A DNA stretch of 64,000 nucleotides from positions 96,001 through 160,000 of the forward strand of contig JBFRWN010000032.1 of the NCBI GenBank assembly GCA_051439605.1, read 5' to 3'. The DNA comes from Synechococcus sp. Lineage in GTDB: Bacteria > Cyanobacteriota > Cyanobacteriia > Thermostichales > PCC-7336. Made by a program: the position numbers and the translations under genes. Under the pieces are notes generated by a model. It was not told the DNA's origin. It searched no databases and saw nothing but the letters and a program-made list of their open reading frames with translations. Within the stretch, counting starts at the first letter, position 1. Each line of letters starts with the position of its first letter. Shown in pieces: positions 21,638 through 31,478 of the stretch.

Positions 21638-22867
21638 ATGCCTACCACCCAACTGTCTAAAAGCTACTCACACACCAGCTGTACCATCTCTGTCGAGGGG
21701 CAGACACTAACCCCTGACGATGTTGCTAAGCTAACTGCTCCGGTCAACTGCACCATCCAACTGCAAATAGGTGGAAAAAGCCACGAGTTTTCTGGGGATG
21801 GGGAACTTCTCAACGACCTAGTCACCACCGTCGATCGCTATCTCAAGTATCAGTTATCTGCTCAATCGCAGGGCACATTCAGCGGTAGCGTGGCTATCCG
21901 CCCCCTCAACGCCGTCCGCCATCGCATCACCCTCCGACAGGGAAACGGGATCGGACAAGCAGACCTGACAACAACGGAACTTTACGATTTAGCAGAGTCC
22001 TTGGGGGAAGTCGGGCAGGCCATTCCCCACCTAGCCCGCCTCAAGACTGCGACCCGAACCGTCGTTTGGTATCGCCAGCCAGTAGCGGCTGTGGCGGCAT
22101 TGGCAGTGGTTGGAGTAGGAGTACTTGGGGCTAGCTTGATCCTCACCCGTCCTCCAACGGAAGAACTGGCAGAAAATACCGCTCGACAGGAGGTCACCGG
22201 GCTAGTAGAAAGTCAATCGCCCACAGCTGCTGCAGATTCACCCCCCGCTGACTCGGCCCCTTCCGTACGCCGCTCTCTAGCAGAACCAGATATCCCAGAA
22301 TCTGAAGTGGCAGATTCTTTAATTACAGAGCCCTCAGCCCCAGCCCCTGTAATACCTGCACCTGAAGCCACAGAATCCAGCGTGACGGATACCCTACAGT
22401 CAGCCCCTTTACCCTCTACTGCTGATGGTGACGATTTATCCTCTGAACCTTCACAGGCTGAACCAGACGATGCAGGGAAGGCGGTTGAGGATGCCGATCT
22501 CGGAGACTTAGCTGCACTGTCCCAGTCAGATGTTCCAGCACCTCAGGAGCAACCGTCTCAATTGAGCGAGCAACAATTTGCAGACCCAGTAGCAAAGCTG
22601 GCGATATCCCAACAGCAGTTACAGGCAGCGTTGGCTACTGACTGGCAAGCCCCAGAGTCTTTGACAGGTCCCATTGAGTACAATCTCACCCTTGCCCCTG
22701 ATGGCACCATTTTGACAGCGGTCCCGGTTGATGAGCGGGCAAGGGAGCTACAACCTCAAACCCCTTTTGCTGATATTCCGGCAACCTCCGACTCGGAGGG
22801 TGTTCCAGCTAGAGCAACGTTAGGAGCAGACAGCACTGTTTCGGTTACCTTATCCCCGCAGCCGTAA
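21638..22867 (+). CDS. DUF4335-like membrane protein with acidic linker
   Basis: YSHTSCTISVEG, LTTTELYDLAESL; TM helix; follows DUF3038 as is usual in cyanobacteria. Confidence 0.75.
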   Translation: MPTTQLSKSYSHTSCTISVEGQTLTPDDVAKLTAPVNCTIQLQIGGKSHEFSGDGELLNDLVTTVDRYLKYQLSAQSQGTFSGSVAIRPLNAVRHRITLRQGNGIGQADLTTTELYDLAESLGEVGQAIPHLARLKTATRTVVWYRQPVAAVAALAVVGVGVLGASLILTRPPTEELAENTARQEVTGLVESQSPTAAADSPPADSAPSVRRSLAEPDIPESEVADSLITEPSAPAPVIPAPEATESSVTDTLQSAPLPSTADGDDLSSEPSQAEPDDAGKAVEDADLGDLAALSQSDVPAPQEQPSQLSEQQFADPVAKLAISQQQLQAALATDWQAPESLTGPIEYNLTLAPDGTILTAVPVDERARELQPQTPFADIPATSDSEGVPARATLGADSTVSVTLSPQP

Positions 22868-23008
22868 CTGAAAGTTCTGTAACTGCAACCGCCACAACCC
22901 ATACCGCCATAATCTTGTTCGATGGTAGGAACTATTGCACTGTTGCGATCGTCCCTGGACTGATACCATTCGGGATCCCATGCCAAACCGTTTAGGAAAA
23001 CAAGCCGC

Positions 23009-23863
23009 ATGAAGCCCTATCTTGCTGCTGCGATTCAAATGACCAGTAAGCCCGATCTGGAGGAAAATCTGGAACAGGCTGAGGAATTAATCGATTTTGC
23101 GGTCCGACAGGGGTGCAAGCTCATCGTATTGCCGGAAAACTTTGCGTATATGGGGGACGAGCAAAAAAAGCTCGAGCTGGCAGAGGAAATTTCCACCCGC
23201 ACCGAAGAGTTTTTGCGCACGATGGCCCTGCGCTACCAAGTGTACGTGTTGGGGGGAGGGTATCCCGTACCAACCCCAGAGCAGAAAACAGGTCAGGAAA
23301 AGCAACCTGATGGGAAAAAAGTCTACAATACCGCAACATTGCTCAGCCCCAATGGAGCCGAACTGGCCCGCTATCAAAAAATCCATCTATTTGACGTCAA
23401 CCTGCCGGATGGCAACACCTATCGCGAATCCAATACGGTAATGCCAGGGTCAGGGCAAATGCAGTCCTGTTATATCGAGACCCTCGGCACCCTTGGGTTG
23501 TCCGTCTGCTATGACGTGCGTTTTCCCGAACTTTATCGCACACTGGCATCTCAGGGTGCTGATGTACTGCTGATTCCGGCTGCCTTTACCGAGTTCACGG
23601 GGAAGGATCACTGGCAAATTTTGATTCAAGCTCGGGCGATCGAAAATACCTGTTACGTGATTGCTCCGGCTCAAGTGGGGGTGCATTATGCCCGTCGCCA
23701 AACCCACGGACATGCCATGATTGTTGACCCCTGGGGGACGATATTAGCGGATGCCGGAGGCATGAAGCCTGGGGTGGCGATCGCCGAGATTAATCCAGAA
23801 CGCCTGCAGCAGGTGCGCCGCCAGATGCCCAGCTTGCAGCACCGCCGCCTATCGGCGTTTTAA
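23009..23863 (+). CDS. Carbon-nitrogen hydrolase, Nit1 / deaminated-glutathione amidase type
   Basis: LPENF, YQKIHLFDV and SVCYDVRFPELYR (E-K-C catalytic triad). Confidence 0.93.
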   Translation: MKPYLAAAIQMTSKPDLEENLEQAEELIDFAVRQGCKLIVLPENFAYMGDEQKKLELAEEISTRTEEFLRTMALRYQVYVLGGGYPVPTPEQKTGQEKQPDGKKVYNTATLLSPNGAELARYQKIHLFDVNLPDGNTYRESNTVMPGSGQMQSCYIETLGTLGLSVCYDVRFPELYRTLASQGADVLLIPAAFTEFTGKDHWQILIQARAIENTCYVIAPAQVGVHYARRQTHGHAMIVDPWGTILADAGGMKPGVAIAEINPERLQQVRRQMPSLQHRRLSAF

Positions 23864-23965
23864 GTTGTCGGAACATAAGCTGTCAGTACCTGCGCCAGTC
23901 CGCCTATTTTCTAGCTCGTGGCTCAATATCCTGCCGTCCAGAGAAATTGACAGGAACACCAGATT

Positions 23966-24769
23966 TCACTCACTAGGAGAACTGCAGAGTTGGCCGGTAA
24001 TGGCGGGCCAACCGGAGGTCCAACTGGCCACCTCTGCCTCCAGTTCAGCGTCGCTTACCTCCCGCTCTAGATCGACGCTAGCTGAAATGGCCATCCAATC
24101 AGGGGGAGGGATATCGGGTTTCACCTGCACTTCCCGATCTCCAATGGCAATTACTTGAGGCAGGTCGAGGAAGTCGCTGACTGCAAACAGCACGCGATCG
24201 TTACTAGAACTGTCCCAGCCCAACAACACGGTAGCTGGGAATTGAGGATCGGGGGTTCTGGTGGTGAGTTGGGCCGGCTTCCCTCCCTCCTCAGGAGACC
24301 ACAGCACTGCCCGATTGAGGATAGCTTGAGACCGAAATAGGCCGGAATATTCCCGCACGAGGACCTGACCGTTACGCCACTCCATCGGCAGAAGGAACAA
24401 AAAATCTAGTCCCAATTCATCCCCTTCGCGAAAGACAGAACTGGGATTGTAGATGGTCTGTAACTGTTGGGTTTGATTGTCTTGGGCAAACAGGACGCTA
24501 CTGAGGCGACCCAAGCCCACCGGGGTGATTTCGTAGGTAATACGGCTGTATACCTGCCAGCGACCATCACCCGAAATCAAAGGCTGGCTGCGCAGCAGTC
24601 CCACCAGCCTGCAGTTGCGCTCGAAAGATTGCTGCTGCAAATCCTGAAGCCACAGTCGGGGAATCGGAGTGCCCTGAGCGTGGGCATGGGGGCTGTGGGG
24701 ATGGAGCACTAAGCTCAGCAGCGACGAACTCAACATGGCTAGTAATGCGGTCCTTGGCTGGACGTTCAT
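23966..24769 (-). CDS. Hypothetical exported protein
   Basis: 267 aa; signal peptide (AHA-QG); AGAGG RBS; directly downstream of hisD. Confidence 0.7.
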   Translation of the reverse strand: MNVQPRTALLAMLSSSLLSLVLHPHSPHAHAQGTPIPRLWLQDLQQQSFERNCRLVGLLRSQPLISGDGRWQVYSRITYEITPVGLGRLSSVLFAQDNQTQQLQTIYNPSSVFREGDELGLDFLFLLPMEWRNGQVLVREYSGLFRSQAILNRAVLWSPEEGGKPAQLTTRTPDPQFPATVLLGWDSSSNDRVLFAVSDFLDLPQVIAIGDREVQVKPDIPPPDWMAISASVDLEREVSDAELEAEVASWTSGWPAITGQLCSSPSE

Positions 24770-24837
24770 ACCAATGACACAACCTCTCTATGCCAGCGAT
24801 CGAAGGGAGACCTTATTATGAAAGCTCTCTCCATCAA

Positions 24838-26178
24838 TCAATCATTCATCCCCGCTTTGTCAATGCGCAACTGTACCGAAGCACCGTGCGAGGGCAGTCC
24901 CTCTGCCTCGGTCAATGCTGCAATCGCCCCAGAGACCTCTTGGAGGGCATTAGCGCTGTACTGAATGACGCTGGAATGCTTCATAAAGGTTTCCACCCCC
25001 AGGGCGGACGTGTAGCGGGCGGCTCCGCAGGTGGGTAGCGTGTGGTTTGGACCCGCGATATAGTCTCCCACCGCCTCAGGGGTGTTGTGACCCATAAAGA
25101 TGGCCCCCGCATGGCGAACCCCTTCGATGACTTCCCAGGGACTTTCTACTTCTAGCTCAAGGTGCTCTGGGGCGAATAGGTTTGAGAGAGCAACGGCCAC
25201 ATCCAAATTTTCCACAACGACTATTACGCCGTAGTGGGCGATCGCTTTTTCAGTTAAGGTGCGGCGGGGGTGGTTTTCCAGCTGTTTTTTGACTTCAAGG
25301 GTGACCTGTTTCGCTTGGTCATAATCGGTGGTGAGCAAAATGGCAGCAGCTAGAGGGTCGTGCTCTGCCTGTGCCAGAAGGTCTGCGGCTAGGTAGGTGG
25401 GATTGGCACTGCTATCGGCGATGATGAGCACTTCAGAGGGTCCCGCCAAGGAATCAATGCCGACGGTGCCGTACACCTGCTTTTTGGCCAAAGTGACGTA
25501 GATGTTGCCGGGGCCAGAAATGACATCAACTTTGGGGATAGATTCGGTGCCGTAGGCTAAGGCCGCAATGGCTTGAGCCCCTCCGACGCGGAAGATTTTG
25601 TCGATGCCCGCCTCTTGGGCTGCCACTAGGACGGCGGGGCTGATGCTGCTGCTTTTTTGGCCGTTATCAGGGCCAAAACCAGCGGACCCTGGTGGGGTAA
25701 CCATGATAACTTCTTTCACCCCAGCCACTTTGGCGGGTACTGCATTCATCAGCACCGTACTGGGATAGGCAGCCCGGCCACCGGGAACGTACAAACCAGC
25801 GCGATCGACGGCGGTGTAACGCTTACCCAAGACAATATCGGGCTCTGAGAAGGTAACCCATCCTTTGGGAACTCTCTGGCGGTGGAAGGCTTCGATACGC
25901 TGTTGGGCCATACGAATGGCGTCTACCAACTGGGGGGACACCGCCTGGTAGGCGGTATCTAATTCGGCACCAGAAACCTGCAGGGTATCGACCGTGAGTG
26001 TCACCCCATCAAATTCAGCGGTGTAGTTCAGTAATGCTCGATCTTTTTTTCGTTGGACGGTTTGTAAAATCTCTTGAACTGTTGCTTCGCGATGCACCTG
26101 TTGGTCGGCCTGGATGCGATCGCTAATCCGCTTTAATTCGGCCTCGGCTTCGGTGCGCTGGGTGACAATTCTCAACAT
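24838..26178 (-). CDS. hisD: Histidinol dehydrogenase
   Basis: GLYVPGG, IDSLAGPSE, DLLAQAEHD, APEHL and GPNHTLPT motifs. Confidence 0.97.
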   Translation of the reverse strand: MLRIVTQRTEAEAELKRISDRIQADQQVHREATVQEILQTVQRKKDRALLNYTAEFDGVTLTVDTLQVSGAELDTAYQAVSPQLVDAIRMAQQRIEAFHRQRVPKGWVTFSEPDIVLGKRYTAVDRAGLYVPGGRAAYPSTVLMNAVPAKVAGVKEVIMVTPPGSAGFGPDNGQKSSSISPAVLVAAQEAGIDKIFRVGGAQAIAALAYGTESIPKVDVISGPGNIYVTLAKKQVYGTVGIDSLAGPSEVLIIADSSANPTYLAADLLAQAEHDPLAAAILLTTDYDQAKQVTLEVKKQLENHPRRTLTEKAIAHYGVIVVVENLDVAVALSNLFAPEHLELEVESPWEVIEGVRHAGAIFMGHNTPEAVGDYIAGPNHTLPTCGAARYTSALGVETFMKHSSVIQYSANALQEVSGAIAALTEAEGLPSHGASVQLRIDKAGMND

Positions 26179-26208
26179 GGCGATGGTGACTCAACATGGC
26201 GATCGTGA
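26171..26208. repeat. 19-nt tandem duplication of the hisD start region
   Basis: CTCAACATGGCGATGGTGA / CTCAACATGGCGATCGTGA, one mismatch. Confidence 0.9.
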
Positions 26209-26612
26209 AACGATGCAGGGCTGTCTGGGGCGTTGCTGCTAACCCCAAAGGGGTCTCGTGCAATAGCTTAGCTTGATTTTCTCTACTGAACGGTGGGGTG
26301 AGGACCGATGGAGGCTATCTTATGCAGGAAAGAATGTCTATTATGCCTTGCTAGTCGGGGAGGATTGGCAGAGCAATCGCTTCGGGGATGGGTATATAGA
26401 CGGCAGATTTTCCACCAATGGGAATGTTGAGGGGATTTCGTCCGGGGTAAACTGCGACCCTACGCAATCTTCAGTCTGTGGGGTTAGTCAGTATCTGTCG
26501 AGATTAGTCTTAGGGAAAAGCCAATTTCCGAGAAAAATTTAGTTGGCAGCGATCGCTTCAAGGTGGTACCTTAGAACCCGACTTGAACACATTGTGAAGA
26601 TTCAGTCGCAAT

Positions 26613-26684
26613 GGCACAGTAGCTCAGTGGTAGAGCAGGGGACTCATAAGCCCTTGGTCACGTGTTCAAATCACGTCTGTGCCA
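26613..26684 (+). tRNA. trnM: tRNA with CAT anticodon, most likely elongator tRNA-Met
   Basis: Cloverleaf: GGCACAG/CTGTGCC acceptor stem, D-arm GCTC-AGTGGTA-GAGC, loop CTCATAA, T-arm ACGTG-TTCAAAT-CACGT; no encoded CCA; Ile2(lysidine) identity not fully excluded. Confidence 0.93.
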
Positions 26685-26740
26685 TCTAATATTAGAAAGA
26701 GTATTCGCGTCTTAGCTATTGCTATGCAAGGGGTTCAGTA

Positions 26741-26965
26741 TTGAATGAACTCGCTGCAGCATTGGTGAAGAGTGGCTACAAAGTTGCCATCTTCAGCCAG
26801 AAAAACGAGTCCATTTTCAAATCCGCCGCGTTAACCCCCGGCGACATTCGCAAAGCTAACGATCGCATCAAACTGCAGCGAGTCTCGCTTAAGGTCAAAA
26901 ATAATCAGATTTGGATGCAGGGTACCCTTCCTCTGCGACCTGGGAGCGATGACGGTTTGCTCTGA
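26741..26965 (+). pseudogene. Truncated N-terminus of a cyanobacterial-type tyrosine integrase
   Basis: IRKANDRIKLQRVSLKVKNNQIWMQGTLPLRPGS resembles the 'AN.RLK...LYLRATLPPKPGS' integrase N-terminus; starts 57 nt after the tRNA. Confidence 0.6.
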
Positions 26966-27117
26966 ATCCGCTACTGCGTGAGGAGCCATCCAAGTTTGAG
27001 AAAAGATTTCACCCTTGGGATAGCGATTGGCTTCATCGATCGGTCAGTTCCTTTGCTGGAGAGTCTCTCCACTAGAGACTTGCAGAACATACCCTGAAAA
27101 GAGAACAATGCCCAAAA

Positions 27118-27366
27118 TTATGTCCCGATTGATGGGGCCGAAACGAATGGCCCATTGCTGAGTTCGACATCCTGCAGCACAGCAGAAATATTAGGCAATA
27201 CACTGGGCAAATATTCTAGTAGCCATAACTGAGATCGGGCCACAGTGGGGGATATTATCTTAGCCACTGGGAGCGATCGCACCATTTGCAGCCTTAGCTC
27301 CATCTCTAATGCCAAGATATCCAGCTCGAGCTCAAGCAGGTTCTGTTGTAGGTCGGTATTCATCAC
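27118..27366 (-). CDS. Small hypothetical protein (Leu/Glu-rich helix)
   Basis: 82 aa, directly downstream of and co-oriented with the pentapeptide gene; AGAGAG RBS-like sequence. Confidence 0.55.
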   Translation of the reverse strand: MMNTDLQQNLLELELDILALEMELRLQMVRSLPVAKIISPTVARSQLWLLEYLPSVLPNISAVLQDVELSNGPFVSAPSIGT

Positions 27367-27410
27367 TCTCTAGCCAAACAGAATAAATGCAACGCGATTC
27401 AGAATGCGCC

Positions 27411-28304
27411 TTAGTTCAGCAATGAGGCCCTAATCGACTGGGGATTAAATCCGGAAGGGAAAACCGTAGTGTTGTCATGCTGGGCTCCATCCAAAATGCT
27501 GCCTTCTAAGTTTGCCCCCATCAAGTTTGCCCCCCGCAGATTGGCGTCCATCAAAATAGCCCCGGCCAAATTGGCATTGCTCAGATCGCTATTCTGAAAA
27601 CTAGCCCCTTGCATGACAGCCCCCTGCAGCAGCGCCATTTGCAAGTTGGCATTGCTGAAATTGGTTTCAATCAAGTAGGAGTGCTGCAGATCGGCCCCCT
27701 GCAAATTGGCCCCACTTAAATTGCTGCCAATCAGGCGACTCTCCTGCAAAATGGCCCCTTGGAGGCAGGAATTGGTCAAAATGGCTTTACCCAGGTTGGC
27801 TTTGCGAAAATCAGCATCGCTACAATTCGAATCGGTCATTTGGGTAGCGATTAAATAGGCTTCCGAAAGCTCTGCCTTATTGAGACGAGATTGAGCAAGG
27901 TTGGCTTCCACTAATTTGGCTCCTGCCAAATCTATCCCCGTCAGATCGGCATCCTCAAGATTAGCTCGACTGAGGTTCGCCTCCCGCAAATCAGCATGGC
28001 AGAGCTGGATTCCCGCAAGTTCCAAACCAATGAGGCGCAAGTTACGAAAATCTCGTTCCCCTGCGGCATACCGATCCAGCAATTGTTTCACTGCTGTCGT
28101 ATCTCGGAAAAAGGAATGAATAGAGGCCCCTTCGGAGTCCTCTTGAAAGCATAGACTTGCCCTAGGAATAGGGCTGGGCTCATTGAGTTGGCCATTCTCA
28201 GGCAATTGCTGGAGTTCAGTAAATTGCTCGAGATCGGATCGTTGCTCAATAGAAATGGCATCAGTATCCGAGATCTTCTCTGGGCTAGAAACGTTCAACA
28301 CCAC
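27411..28304 (-). CDS. Pentapeptide repeat protein
   Basis: LLDRYAAGERDF followed by A(D/N)Lxx repeats. Confidence 0.92.
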   Translation of the reverse strand: MVLNVSSPEKISDTDAISIEQRSDLEQFTELQQLPENGQLNEPSPIPRASLCFQEDSEGASIHSFFRDTTAVKQLLDRYAAGERDFRNLRLIGLELAGIQLCHADLREANLSRANLEDADLTGIDLAGAKLVEANLAQSRLNKAELSEAYLIATQMTDSNCSDADFRKANLGKAILTNSCLQGAILQESRLIGSNLSGANLQGADLQHSYLIETNFSNANLQMALLQGAVMQGASFQNSDLSNANLAGAILMDANLRGANLMGANLEGSILDGAQHDNTTVFPSGFNPQSIRASLLN

Positions 28305-28483
28305 TCATCCCCTTAACCAGATTTGCGTTGACCCTCCAAGGTGGTTAGCCCCGCAAAAGATTGGGTATGAGTGTATCCGCGTTCCCTAAACTTGTCCTGC
28401 ACCTTTAAGCAATTCACGATCGCTGACCAATGACTTATGACCACCGACCTCCTCAGCAAAAAGAGCAAGTTGGTCACGCAAAT

Positions 28484-29665
28484 TTAAGAGGGAAGCCCCG
28501 TTAAGTGCACCTCAGCCCCTAACCCAGCAGCCATTTCTGCCGGGGTGATACGACCATCACCATCGGTATCTAGAGCATCGAAGACGGCGTCGGTACCAGC
28601 CCACTCCTCTCGAGCGATCGAGCCATCGCCATCCAGGTCATACACCTTAAAAATATCGGTGGCTGCGTGGGTAAGGGTTTCTTCCCCCTCCATTTGAGCC
28701 AAGCGTCGGGCCAGCATTGCTTCAAGAGCTTCCAACGCCTTCGAGAATTTATCAATTCCTTCCGATAGCTTCTCAGATGCCATTCGATCGGACTCGTGGA
28801 TGCGGTTGAAGGTGACCCAATCCATCGGAATTTTTGAAATATTTTGGCTGGCTGCAGTGGCCGGATCGAGCTTGCGGGGGAGCTCCTCCAATTTGGTATT
28901 TAACTCATCCAAAAGCTTGGGAGAAATGGTCAGCAGGTCGCATCCTGCTAGCTCGCAAATTTCACCAATGTTGCGGAAGCTGGCCCCCATTACCTCAGTT
29001 TTATAGCCAAATTTTTTATAGTAGTTATAGATTTGGGTTACCGAGACCACTCCGGGGTCTTCTTGCGCAGGATAGCTCTCTCGTCCCGTATCTTTTTTGT
29101 ACCAATCTAGAATACGACCCACAAAGGGAGAAATCAGGGTGGCCTCCGCCTCGGCACAGGCGATCGCTTGGTGCAGACCAAACAGCAGCGTCAGATTGCA
29201 ATGAATGCCCTCTTCCTCCAGGATCTCTGCAGCTTTAATGCCTTCCCAGGTGGAGGCAATCTTGATCAAAATACGTTCGCGAGAAATTCCGGCTGCCTCG
29301 TATTGGGCAATAATGTCGCGGGCTTTTTCAAGGGTAGCTTCCGTGTCGTAGGAGAGACGGGCGTCTACCTCTGTGGATACCCGACCGGGAATGATGTTGA
29401 GAATTTTGAGGCCAAAAGAAACCGCTAAGCGATCGATCGCGCGGCTAGCCACCTTAGTCGCCGTCGCCGTGGTTCCTAGCTCTTGGCGAGATTGCTTGAG
29501 GGTGTCGTCCACAATATCCTTGTATGCAGGCATTTGGGCTGCAGCAGCGATCAAAGAGGGGTTAGTTGTCGCATCGCGAGGGGTAAAGTCTTCGATGGCA
29601 TTAATATCTCCCGTATCAGCCACCACGATGGTGTACTGTCGCAATTGCTCGAGCAGGCTGGGCAT
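28484..29665 (-). CDS. tal: Transaldolase with C-terminal EF-hand pair
   Basis: [39 protein letters not shown] and [14 protein letters not shown]-hands; GGGAGA RBS before ATG 29665. Confidence 0.96.
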   Translation of the reverse strand: MPSLLEQLRQYTIVVADTGDINAIEDFTPRDATTNPSLIAAAAQMPAYKDIVDDTLKQSRQELGTTATATKVASRAIDRLAVSFGLKILNIIPGRVSTEVDARLSYDTEATLEKARDIIAQYEAAGISRERILIKIASTWEGIKAAEILEEEGIHCNLTLLFGLHQAIACAEAEATLISPFVGRILDWYKKDTGRESYPAQEDPGVVSVTQIYNYYKKFGYKTEVMGASFRNIGEICELAGCDLLTISPKLLDELNTKLEELPRKLDPATAASQNISKIPMDWVTFNRIHESDRMASEKLSEGIDKFSKALEALEAMLARRLAQMEGEETLTHAATDIFKVYDLDGDGSIAREEWAGTDAVFDALDTDGDGRITPAEMAAGLGAEVHLTGLPS

Positions 29666-29875
29666 GGCGCTCTCCCTGTTTGCTAGTGGCGTTTCTATTC
29701 TGACTTGGTTTAAGACGATAACCGCCTGCGATCGTTCTATCTTCGGATGTGTAATTCTAAACAAAAATAGCTCTGTATCTTAAGCTTATTTGACCTCTTA
29801 ATTTGCTTGTCAGTAAATTATTTTGTATTTATTGTTTGACCTATGATAGTGTTTTTCTTCAGTAGAAACCTCGTG

Positions 29876-29925
29876 CTAAGAACTGTAGATTGACGAAGAA
29901 AATAACAAAACTCTACAGTTCTTAG
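29876..29925. repeat. 14-bp perfect inverted repeat with 22-nt spacer
   Basis: CTAAGAACTGTAGA ... TCTACAGTTCTTAG. Confidence 0.8.
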
Positions 29926-30004
29926 TTAAATGTGCGAGCCTTAATGAGGCTGCCATCTTAGACTTGAATTATGGCGACCATAGGCAATTGCTGGAGAGAA
30001 CGCT

Positions 30005-30391
30005 ATGTCCCCGATGCGCTCCGAAGAGTTAGCAAGCCGTTCTGGTCGATCGTTCGATCTGGTGCGATTTTTGGGTGCTAAATTGTGGCGGGAAGCCGAG
30101 CAAGAAGCGCTCTCGAATGCATCCGCTTCGACGAACTGGATCGACAAACGGTATTGGGAAGATCGCTTTAAGGAAGCATTTTCCAAATGCGAACAATACG
30201 ACATCCCGGAAGAAGATTTAAAGATTTGCACTCCCGATCGGTTTTGGATGAACGTAGAACATTTAGCCCACAACAAGCTACACGAGAACCTGTCGAACGA
30301 CGAATGGGGCTATTGGGCTTCCATTTTGGCAAAGGCCGCTGTGGCTATCTCGGAAGTCGAGAGTTCTCGTGCCAGTCAGACCTTCCATTAG
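30005..30391 (+). CDS. Hypothetical protein
   Basis: 128 aa ATG ORF with GGAGA RBS; Trp-rich, helical composition. Confidence 0.65.
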   Translation: MSPMRSEELASRSGRSFDLVRFLGAKLWREAEQEALSNASASTNWIDKRYWEDRFKEAFSKCEQYDIPEEDLKICTPDRFWMNVEHLAHNKLHENLSNDEWGYWASILAKAAVAISEVESSRASQTFH

Positions 30392-30403
30392 AAATTGCTG
30401 CGG

Positions 30404-31330
30404 TCATATTACCTGGGGAGGCTCAGTCGTGGTGGAAGACTGATTGCTGTACTGCTGACGTTCTTGGCTGGATAGTACTTGATTGAGCTTGCCGCTGCGA
30501 TACCCTTCAAGATCTAATGAAACGTAAGTAAAACCAGCCTCCTGAAACGCATTGACTAATGCCGCAAGGTCGGTGGAAGAGGTAAATTCTGCAATGCGAT
30601 CGGGGGCTAATTCGATGCGGGCAGTGTCCTGTTCGGAGCGGACTCGCACCTGCCGCCAGCCCAGATTACGCAGGTAGCGTTCCCCAGCGGCCACCCGAGC
30701 TAACTTCTCGACCGTAATCGATTCTCCATAGGGGAACCGGGAGCTGAGGCAGGGCTGCGCTGGCTTATCCCACCAGGGCAATCCCAATGCTCGGGAAAGC
30801 TGTCTTACCTCTAACTTCGTAATCCCCACCTCAGCCAGCGGCGATCGCGCCCCTCGCTCTTTGGCCGCCTGCACCCCCGGGCGATAATCCAATAAATCGT
30901 CGGCATTGACTCCATCGACCACATAGGGATAGCCCCGCTCTTTGCCCAATGGCTTTAAAGTGTCGTGTAATTCGCTTTTGCAAAAGTAGCAACGATTGAC
31001 GGGATTACTCGCATAGTTCGGATTCTCCATCTCGTGGGTTTGCACCATTTCATGATCGAACCCAATATGAGCTGCCTGTGCGATCGCCTCATCCAAATCT
31101 TCTGGCATCAGGGATGGGGAAACCGCCGTCACAGCTAGCAACTTAGTCCCCAGAACATCCCACGCCACCTTGGCTACCAACGTGCTGTCAATACCACCGG
31201 AGTAGGCCACCAATCCGCAGTCCATCTCCGCAATAATCTGCCGCAGGCGATCGTATTTCTGTTGCAGCTGCGGCTCTATTGAAATCTCGAATTGAGCAGC
31301 AACATGTCCTGGGACAGAAGAAGCAGTCAT
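30404..31330 (-). CDS. larE: ATP-dependent sacrificial sulfur transferase (PP-loop)
   Basis: AYSGGIDS, RCYFCK, DYRPG and PCLSSRFPYG motifs. Confidence 0.92.
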   Translation of the reverse strand: MTASSVPGHVAAQFEISIEPQLQQKYDRLRQIIAEMDCGLVAYSGGIDSTLVAKVAWDVLGTKLLAVTAVSPSLMPEDLDEAIAQAAHIGFDHEMVQTHEMENPNYASNPVNRCYFCKSELHDTLKPLGKERGYPYVVDGVNADDLLDYRPGVQAAKERGARSPLAEVGITKLEVRQLSRALGLPWWDKPAQPCLSSRFPYGESITVEKLARVAAGERYLRNLGWRQVRVRSEQDTARIELAPDRIAEFTSSTDLAALVNAFQEAGFTYVSLDLEGYRSGKLNQVLSSQERQQYSNQSSTTTEPPQVI

Positions 31331-31478
31331 GAAACCGTTGGGGGCTAGAGGGAACAAGAAAGAGGTGGGAGTGAAGGATGTGGGAAAAATGGGGACCGAA
31401 AGAGAGGATGTTATCCCCAGGAAGTAACAATAAACTCACTGTAACTGCTTTGAATATGTCAATTGGGTAGCAAATTTG

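Noticed and set aside
26273..26542. 89-aa ORF between hisD and the tRNA
   Set aside because: TTG start without RBS, lying in a divergent promoter region; no motif
28484..28640. EF-hand fusion on transaldolase as a novelty
   Set aside because: Already known in cyanobacterial transaldolases
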